Source: a virus | Length of the DNA stretch: 64,000 nucleotides | Virus record (IMG/VR): IMGVR_UViG_3300043449_001175 | Location: 35,139-99,138 of that record | Direction: 5' to 3' (one strand) | Part shown: in pieces, positions 1 to 6,609 of the stretch | Numbering within the stretch: the first letter of the stretch is position 1 | Layout: each line of letters starts with the position of its first letter | Notes under the pieces: generated by a model | What the model was told of the DNA's origin: nothing | What the model saw: only the letters and a program-made list of their open reading frames with translations | The model's database searches: none | Made by a program: the position numbers and the translations under genes

Positions 1-2
1 TA

Positions 3-869
3 TTAATTGAACAAAATTTTGCCGGAACTTTTGATGGTGCGATATCAAAGTTTAATATGTATGCAAAACCATTATCGGTTCCTGAAATTCAACACAATGC
101 AAGAATTTTAAGACCAATTTATAATTTTTTAAATCCATATTGTTTAGATTGTGGTGCAAATGTAACACCAACCCCAACACCAACAACAACAGTTACACCA
201 ACACCAACCTCAGTTACTCCAACTCCAACACCTACACCATCGGTAACACCAGGTCTTTCACCAACACCAACCCCAACACCGACAAGTACACCATCACCTT
301 ATTTTGCATATCTATTTATAGAACCTCAATCAGGTTCAACTCTTATTGGTGAATACATGTACAATTTGGGTTCAACATTCTATGGATTTACAAATAACTC
401 AGCGCCAGACAATGACAACACAAATCCTGACTTATTCAATGATGACATGAATAATTATGTGTCTTTCTCAGGATGGAGTAATGGTTCATTCCCTTCAGTG
501 AGAACTCAAACAGTTCCACAGTCTTCGGGTGGTGTTGATTCATTTGGTAATTCAATATCGGCATATAATTTCACAACACACGAAGTACCAATTAATACAG
601 TTAGTGGTAACTCTTGGTATACGTGGATTATCCCAAATGATGCGATAAATGATGGAATACAACAAAAAATTGCTTATAGTGTAAATGGTAATCCAAACGC
701 ATTGACAACATCAATTATGGACAGCTCAATTTATTCTAGTACGTTTACTTATACAGGTACTACAATTCCTGTTGGTACTTATAGAGTTTACACAACATTT
801 GCTGACTTGTCATTCTATATAAATAACAACTTTAATACCGTATATTTTAAAGGTGATACTGTAATTTAA
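3..869 (+). CDS. Virion structural protein, 5'-truncated by the window edge: end of a LamG/concanavalin-like domain, Pro-Thr linker, and a ~185-aa C-terminal domain paralogous to 61296-62288
   Basis: The frame is open from nt 3 (LIEQNFAGTFDGAISKFNMYAKPLSVPEI, resembling a LamG C-terminal strand motif), so the ATG at 57 is internal. TPTPTP linker. The C-terminal AYLFIEPQSGST...YFKGDTVI aligns with the 61296 ORF. Confidence 0.7.
   Translation, partial: LIEQNFAGTFDGAISKFNMYAKPLSVPEIQHNARILRPIYNFLNPYCLDCGANVTPTPTPTTTVTPTPTSVTPTPTPTPSVTPGLSPTPTPTPTSTPSPYFAYLFIEPQSGSTLIGEYMYNLGSTFYGFTNNSAPDNDNTNPDLFNDDMNNYVSFSGWSNGSFPSVRTQTVPQSSGGVDSFGNSISAYNFTTHEVPINTVSGNSWYTWIIPNDAINDGIQQKIAYSVNGNPNALTTSIMDSSIYSSTFTYTGTTIPVGTYRVYTTFADLSFYINNNFNTVYFKGDTVI
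165..300 (+). repeat. Pro-Thr low-complexity (mucin-like) coding repeat
   Basis: ACACCA-type hexamer reiterations encoding TPTPTPTTTVTPTPTSVTPTPTPTPS. Confidence 0.9.
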
Positions 870-976
870 AATTTATCCTTTACCTCATCACAAGTATTAT
901 AAAAAAAGGTTTTTAACAATTAATTTTCCTATTAACTTTTCTATTTCTTTAATTAGTTTTATGAAAAACTATTTTA

Positions 977-2224
977 ATGAAAATATTTGTTCAAATTGCC
1001 TCTTATCGTGACCCACAGTTGGTTCACACAATCAAAAACATGATTGAAAATGCGAAGAAACCAAAAAATTTACGATTTGGTATTGCAAGACAATTTCATC
1101 CCAATGATAAATTTGATGACTTGTCAGAGTACGATAAAGATAAAAGATTCAAAATCATTAACATTCCATACGAAGAATCAAAAGGTGTTTGTTGGGCAAG
1201 AAACCTAACACAACAACTTTATGATAATGAAGAATATACACTTCAAATTGATTCTCACATGAGGTTTGCTCCAAATTGGGATGATGAGATGATTAAGATG
1301 ATTAAACAACTCCAAAAGAAAGGTCATGAAAAACCATTACTTACAGGTTATGTTTCGTCATTTGACCCCGACAATGACCCTCAAGGGAGAATGCAAGAGC
1401 CATGGAGAATGGCGTTTGACAGATTTATTCCCGAAGGTGCGGTATTCTTCTTACCTGAAACAATTCCAGGTTGGCAGAACTTAACAGAACCTGTCACATC
1501 TCGTTTCTATTCGGCTCACTACTGTTTCACTTTGGGACAATTCTCAAAAGAAGTACAACACAACCCTGAATACTATTTTCACGGTGAAGAAATATCAATT
1601 GCCGCTCGTGCTTATACTTGGGGTTATGATTTGTTCCACCCACATAAAGTTTTGATTTGGCACGAATATACTCGTAAAGGTAGAACAAAACAATGGGATG
1701 ACGATAAAGCTTGGGGTGAGAAAAACAAACATTCACATTTTACAAACAGAAAGTTGTTTGGTATGGACGGTGAACAACAAGAAGGACATGATGGTCCTTA
1801 TGGTTTTGGTCCCGTTAGAACATTAAGAGATTACGAAAAGTACTCTGGTTTGTTGTTTGAAAAACGTGCGGTACAACAATATACTTTGGATAAGAACTAC
1901 CCACCGAACCCATATAATTTTGAATCTGAAGAAGAGTGGAAGAAAAACTTTGCTCAAGTTTTCAAACATTGTATTGATATTGGATTCTCTCAAGTACCTG
2001 AAAAAGATTATGATTTTTGGGTGGTTGCTTTTCACGGAGAAAATGATGAAACACTTTATAGAAAAGATGCTGACATCAATGAGATTAATAGAATGTTAAA
2101 TGACCCTGATGGATATTGTAAAGTATGGAGAGAGTTCCAAACAGAACATAAACCAAAGTATTGGGTTGTTTGGCCTCACTCAGTATCAAAAGACTGGTGT
2201 GAAAGGATTACGGGGAACCTGTAA
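977..2224 (+). CDS. Glycosyltransferase, GT60/Gnt1-like polypeptide GlcNAc-transferase family
   Basis: IFVQIASYRD start, GVCWAR, LQIDSHMRF (DSH metal motif), YFHGEE and WHEY match the Skp1/mucin alpha-GlcNAc transferase (Pfam 'GlcNAc') pattern. Confidence 0.8.
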   Translation: MKIFVQIASYRDPQLVHTIKNMIENAKKPKNLRFGIARQFHPNDKFDDLSEYDKDKRFKIINIPYEESKGVCWARNLTQQLYDNEEYTLQIDSHMRFAPNWDDEMIKMIKQLQKKGHEKPLLTGYVSSFDPDNDPQGRMQEPWRMAFDRFIPEGAVFFLPETIPGWQNLTEPVTSRFYSAHYCFTLGQFSKEVQHNPEYYFHGEEISIAARAYTWGYDLFHPHKVLIWHEYTRKGRTKQWDDDKAWGEKNKHSHFTNRKLFGMDGEQQEGHDGPYGFGPVRTLRDYEKYSGLLFEKRAVQQYTLDKNYPPNPYNFESEEEWKKNFAQVFKHCIDIGFSQVPEKDYDFWVVAFHGENDETLYRKDADINEINRMLNDPDGYCKVWREFQTEHKPKYWVVWPHSVSKDWCERITGNL

Positions 2225-2239
2225 TAATAAAATTAGTTA

Positions 2240-2974
2240 ATGAATATTACTAATATCCCTAAGTTTGTCGTTAATTTAGAAAGACGACCTGACCGATTAG
2301 AACATATCCAAAAAGAAATGGATTATATGGGTTGGGAATACGAGTTATTCAAAGCCGTTGATTTAAATAATCATGGTGGTTGTACTTTATCACACACACA
2401 AATCATTAAACTTGCCAAAGAACGAGGATATGACTCGGTTATGGTGATTGAAGATGATTGTACTTTTTTACCGTATTCGAAGGATTTGATAAATAAAATT
2501 GAAACCGAATCTGATGAGTTTGAATTTGGAATTATTAATCTTGCACCAACCTTAAACCGAGTAGTCAACCGTAGTGAAGAACAACCTTTATTTTTAGATA
2601 TTACAAATTTACCGCCAAAGAAAGAACATGAAAGAGGTATATTTGCAACTAACATGATAATTTATCATAGTTCAATTTATGATAAAGTTTTGGAAATGGA
2701 AAAAAAAGAAAACTTAGGTTATTATGCAATAGATGATTACATTTATCAATTTGTTTTACCAATCAGACAAAGTTATTGTCCAATATTACCAGTTGCCCCT
2801 CAAATGAGTAGTTGGTCTGATGTATCTCAAGGACAATACAATAATTTTTATACTCAAACTTATAATTGGAATTTATATAGTCCGTGTAAAATACCTTCAG
2901 GATATTTACATGGTACATTAACAAACGAACTTAAAACAAATAAACAACATAAAGAATTTACATATGTCAGTTAA
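2240..2974 (+). CDS. Glycosyltransferase family 25
   Basis: VVNLERRPDRL, F-x-AVD, GCTLSH and VIEDD motifs are typical of GT25. Confidence 0.8.
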   Translation: MNITNIPKFVVNLERRPDRLEHIQKEMDYMGWEYELFKAVDLNNHGGCTLSHTQIIKLAKERGYDSVMVIEDDCTFLPYSKDLINKIETESDEFEFGIINLAPTLNRVVNRSEEQPLFLDITNLPPKKEHERGIFATNMIIYHSSIYDKVLEMEKKENLGYYAIDDYIYQFVLPIRQSYCPILPVAPQMSSWSDVSQGQYNNFYTQTYNWNLYSPCKIPSGYLHGTLTNELKTNKQHKEFTYVS

Positions 2975-3845
2975 ATTTATTACATCAATATATAGCGATT
3001 TGTATGGTACTGAATACGGTGGTCGAATTGGTAGAGGAGGTCATTATCGATATAGTTTATTATCGCTTTTAAAAATGACTAATGCTGATTTTTTATGTTA
3101 TACATCAGATAGAGAGTTACCTTCATTACTCACATTTTTTTATGAAACACATGGTATATCATCAGATAAACTAAAATTTCAAGTGTTTGATATTGCAAAT
3201 ACAAAATTCAAAGATTTAATTAATCAATATAAAGATGTTGAAGTAACTAAAAAATCAGATAGATGTATTGAAGTACAATATAGTAAATTCCATTGGTGGT
3301 GGAACGAAGATAAGTCTTATGATTATTATTATTGGATTGACGCTGGATTGTCACATTGCGGATTAATCCCAGTTAAATACTTGGTTGGTACTCACCCCGA
3401 ACAAAGATATTATGAATCAACTTTATTCAATAATGATTTTTTGAAGAATCTAATTGAAGATACTGGCGATAAATTCTTAATTCTTGGAAAAGAAAATGAC
3501 CGAAATTATTGGTCAGGCACATTGGACCCTAAATGGTATACTAATTGGGAAAGAGGTGTTCATATTATTGGAGGACTATTTGGTGGTCATAGAGATAATT
3601 GGGATAAAATTGTTACACTATTTGAAGATTATACTAAAAATGTTATTACTGAGGATAAAGGTTTACCCCATGAAGAAAATATAATGACATTAATGTACTA
3701 TAATCATAAAGAATTATTTGAACGTAAACATTTTGATATTTGGTGGTGTAGGGATAATGCACCTGCAGGTGTTTCAGATGAAATGTTTGAACAAAATAAA
3801 AGTTTTTTTAAAATTTTAGAAGAATTTAATAGAATATATGAGTAA
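2964..3845 (+). CDS. HtrL/YibB (WlaTC)-like putative glycosyltransferase
   Basis: SKF...YYWIDAG, IIGGLFGG and HEENI motifs. Paralogous to the N-terminal half of the next ORF. Confidence 0.65.
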   Translation: MSVKFITSIYSDLYGTEYGGRIGRGGHYRYSLLSLLKMTNADFLCYTSDRELPSLLTFFYETHGISSDKLKFQVFDIANTKFKDLINQYKDVEVTKKSDRCIEVQYSKFHWWWNEDKSYDYYYWIDAGLSHCGLIPVKYLVGTHPEQRYYESTLFNNDFLKNLIEDTGDKFLILGKENDRNYWSGTLDPKWYTNWERGVHIIGGLFGGHRDNWDKIVTLFEDYTKNVITEDKGLPHEENIMTLMYYNHKELFERKHFDIWWCRDNAPAGVSDEMFEQNKSFFKILEEFNRIYE

Positions 3846-5511
3846 TATAACTTTAGTAACAGGTCTTTGGAATATTAAGAGAGATGAACTTGGTGAAGGT
3901 TGGTCTCGTTCATTCCAACATTATTTGGATAAATTTGAACAACTACTTAAGGTTGAAAATCCAATGATTATATTTGGTGATTCTGACTTGGAATCATTTG
4001 TTTTTGAAAGACGAAACAAAGATAATACAATGTTTATCTCTCGTAGTCAAGAATGGTTCAAAAACGAATTTTATGACAAAATACAAACAATCAGAACAAA
4101 TCCTGATTGGTATAATCAAGCAGGTTGGTTACCACAATCAACACAAGCAAGATTAGAAATGTACAATCCTTTGGTAATGTCAAAGGTTTTCTTATTAAAT
4201 GATGCCAAAATTATGGACCCATTTAATTCTGATATGATGTTTTGGATTGATGCTGGTTTAACAAATACTGTTCATCCAGGTTATTTTACACACGATAAAG
4301 TTTTGGAGAAATTACCTAACTATGTTAATAAATTTTCATTTGTTTGTTTCCCATATCAAGCCGAAAACGAGATTCACGGATTTAACTTTAATCAAATTAA
4401 TGGAATTGTTGGTGAAAAGGTAGAAATGGTTGCACGTGGTGGGTTCTTTGGTGGTCCAAAACACACAATAGGAGACATTAACGGGATTTATTACAATTTG
4501 TTATCATCCACATTATCTCGTGGACTTATGGGAACTGAGGAGTCAATATTCTCAATCATGTGTTACAAACACTCCGATTTAATTGATTACTTTGAAATAG
4601 AATCTAATGGTTTATTTGGTAAGTTCTTTGAAGATTTGAAAAATGAAACATTAGAAAGAAAAAACAAACAAGGTTTTACACCAATTAATGACGATTTGAA
4701 TCCTGATAACGCTGCTTTGTATGTAATTACATTTAATAGTCCAAAACAATTTGAAACATTGATTGATTCAATGACTCAATATGACAAAGATTTTTTAGAT
4801 AAACCAAAAAAGTTTTTATTGAATAACTCATCTGATTTATCAACTACCGAAAGATACTCGGAACTTTGTGAAATATATGGTTTTGAACATATCAAGAAAG
4901 ATAATTTAGGTATTTGTGGTGGTAGACAATGGGTTGCAGAACATTCTGAAGAAAATGGGTTTGATTTTCATTTTTTCTTCGAGGATGACATGTTCTTTTA
5001 CCCCCAAAAAGGAGATGTGTGTAGAAACGGATTTAATAGATACGTTTCAAATTTATATAAGAACACATTAGAAATAACAAAAAAGAATCATTTTGATTTT
5101 TTAAAGTTTAATTACAGTGAGTTTTATGGTGATAATGGTACCCAATGGTCGTGGTACAATGTTCCACAGAACTTTAGAATAGAACATTGGCCTGAAAAAC
5201 CAAATTTACCTGTTCACGGTCAAGACCCAAATGCTCCAAGAACAAAATTCAAACATGTAAGAACACACAATGGTATTCCATTCGTATCAGGTGAAATTTA
5301 TTATTGTAACTGGCCACAAGTTGTTACTCGTCATGGTAACAAGAAAATGTTTTTAGAAACAACTTGGGCACACCCGTTCGAGCAGACATGGATGAGTTTT
5401 ATTTTTCAAGAAACAATTAAGGGAAAAATCAATCCCGGACTATTACTTATGACCCCAACTGAACATGATAGGTTTGAATTTTATGATGGTTCATTAAGAA
5501 AAGAATCTTAA
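3838..5511 (+). CDS. Two-domain glycosyltransferase: HtrL/YibB-like N-terminal domain plus GT-A/GT2-like C-terminal domain
   Basis: ITLVTGLW, YNPLVMSK, FWIDAG, RGGFFGG and GTEESI in the N-terminal half. LYVITFN, NLGICGGR and FFFEDD in the C-terminal half. Confidence 0.7.
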   Translation: MSNITLVTGLWNIKRDELGEGWSRSFQHYLDKFEQLLKVENPMIIFGDSDLESFVFERRNKDNTMFISRSQEWFKNEFYDKIQTIRTNPDWYNQAGWLPQSTQARLEMYNPLVMSKVFLLNDAKIMDPFNSDMMFWIDAGLTNTVHPGYFTHDKVLEKLPNYVNKFSFVCFPYQAENEIHGFNFNQINGIVGEKVEMVARGGFFGGPKHTIGDINGIYYNLLSSTLSRGLMGTEESIFSIMCYKHSDLIDYFEIESNGLFGKFFEDLKNETLERKNKQGFTPINDDLNPDNAALYVITFNSPKQFETLIDSMTQYDKDFLDKPKKFLLNNSSDLSTTERYSELCEIYGFEHIKKDNLGICGGRQWVAEHSEENGFDFHFFFEDDMFFYPQKGDVCRNGFNRYVSNLYKNTLEITKKNHFDFLKFNYSEFYGDNGTQWSWYNVPQNFRIEHWPEKPNLPVHGQDPNAPRTKFKHVRTHNGIPFVSGEIYYCNWPQVVTRHGNKKMFLETTWAHPFEQTWMSFIFQETIKGKINPGLLLMTPTEHDRFEFYDGSLRKES

Positions 5512-5515
5512 TGAG

Positions 5516-5523
5516 TATTTATA
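5516..5523 (+). promoter_or_regulatory. TATTTATA putative phage late promoter motif (ATG 12 nt after the first T)
   Basis: Recurs in gene orientation upstream of many late genes (see findings). Confidence 0.6.
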
Positions 5524-5527
5524 ATAC

Positions 5528-6016
5528 ATGGGAAGGTTTATTATATCAGAAAATGAAAAAAAGAGGATATTGGGTTTATATCTTGTTGAATCTGAAGAAG
5601 AAATCACTTTAGTTGATGGTATTGAAAAAAGAATAGACAAAAATCCTAATCCAAAAGTACAGAGTATACTTCCTCCAGGTTTGTTTAAAAGTTATACAGT
5701 TTTATTAAACGGAGAAGAAATAATGGGTGGAAGTCCACAAACCTCAAAAAAATATACCTATGTTGGTTCTAAAGAGGGTGGTTTATTAAACGTAGTTATA
5801 CCTGACGATTCTGACAAGGCTTATGTAATGAATATTAATATTCCTGAAAACCTAAGAGGAAAGGGTATTGGTGCTAAAATATACCAAGCTGTTGCTAATA
5901 AAATTAATCGAACAGTAATTAGCTCAGGAGATAATGAAGCGTTAGGGATGATTGCGTCACAAACACCATCATCACAATCGTTTTGGAGAAAACATAAAAA
6001 TTTTGAACCCAATTGA
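5528..6016 (+). CDS. GNAT-family acetyltransferase with an N-terminal leader
   Basis: Acetyl-CoA motif A, INIPENLRGKGIGAKIY, and C-terminal SQSFWRK. Confidence 0.7.
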   Translation: MGRFIISENEKKRILGLYLVESEEEITLVDGIEKRIDKNPNPKVQSILPPGLFKSYTVLLNGEEIMGGSPQTSKKYTYVGSKEGGLLNVVIPDDSDKAYVMNINIPENLRGKGIGAKIYQAVANKINRTVISSGDNEALGMIASQTPSSQSFWRKHKNFEPN

Positions 6017-6100
6017 TATATTCATATCACAAATCTAATATTTTTTTTCCAAATTGCAAACTCTAATTTGGTTCCAACATAATAATTTAATTTATTTTGG

Positions 6101-6108
6101 TATTTATA
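6101..6108 (+). promoter_or_regulatory. TATTTATA putative late promoter
   Basis: ATG at 6113, same 12-nt spacing as at 5516. Confidence 0.6.
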
Positions 6109-6112
6109 TGTA

Positions 6113-6514
6113 ATGGATTTTAATATTAAAAAAAATGCGACATTACCACTTTTAAAAATGCAAGTGGTTAGAGATGGTAGAAGTGAATACCAATCTTTTA
6201 TGGATTCTTTGGGTAATGCCTCAATTTTCTTTTCTATGATAAATGAAACATCTGGTATACCAAAGATTGTTTCAAAACCCGCATATATTACTGAAGTAAT
6301 TGGTGATGACCCAAACGCATTACCCGAATATTACGTATATTTTAAATTCACCGCTCGTGATACAAATACTATTGGTCGTTATGTTGGACAATTTTTGATT
6401 AAATATAATAACGGTCTTTTGGGTGGTATTGAAGGAAATCTTATTTTACCTCTAAGAGATGAGTTATACATCAATGTCCAAGAAAGTTTCATTATAGATA
6501 GTCCTTGTTGTTGA
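6113..6514 (+). CDS. Probable virion protein, BppU-N/Ig-like fold
   Basis: F-x-IKKNATLP-L start and Y-x-F-x(3)-DT-x(3)-G-x-Y-x-GQF pattern. Preceded by the late motif. Confidence 0.45.
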   Translation: MDFNIKKNATLPLLKMQVVRDGRSEYQSFMDSLGNASIFFSMINETSGIPKIVSKPAYITEVIGDDPNALPEYYVYFKFTARDTNTIGRYVGQFLIKYNNGLLGGIEGNLILPLRDELYINVQESFIIDSPCC

Positions 6515-6539
6515 CGAGGTTAAATTCAATACCTATACT
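6511..6539 (+). promoter_or_regulatory. sigma70-like promoter of the DNA polymerase gene
   Basis: TTGACG (6511-6516), 17-nt spacer, TATACT (6534-6539). Confidence 0.7.
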
Positions 6540-6599
6540 TTAACCAATGAGTAAGACAAACTCCGTATTTTACGGAAGATAATAGGTCACTCGGTTAAA
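6539..6599 (+). promoter_or_regulatory. Structured 5' UTR element upstream of polB
   Basis: Nested complementary segments TTTAACC/GGTTAAA, GAGT/ACTC, GAC/GTC and TCCGTA/TACGGA. Confidence 0.55.
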
Positions 6600-6609
6600 A
6601 TTTATAGAA

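Noticed and set aside
57-869. ATG 57 as the gene start
   Set aside because: The frame is open to the window edge and the upstream residues continue a LamG-like motif, so the gene is 5'-truncated.
977-5511. Glycosyltransferases as DNA hypermodification enzymes
   Set aside because: Not excluded but disfavoured: the families resemble protein/LPS-type GT-A enzymes, and no base hydroxymethylase or similar gene is adjacent in this window.
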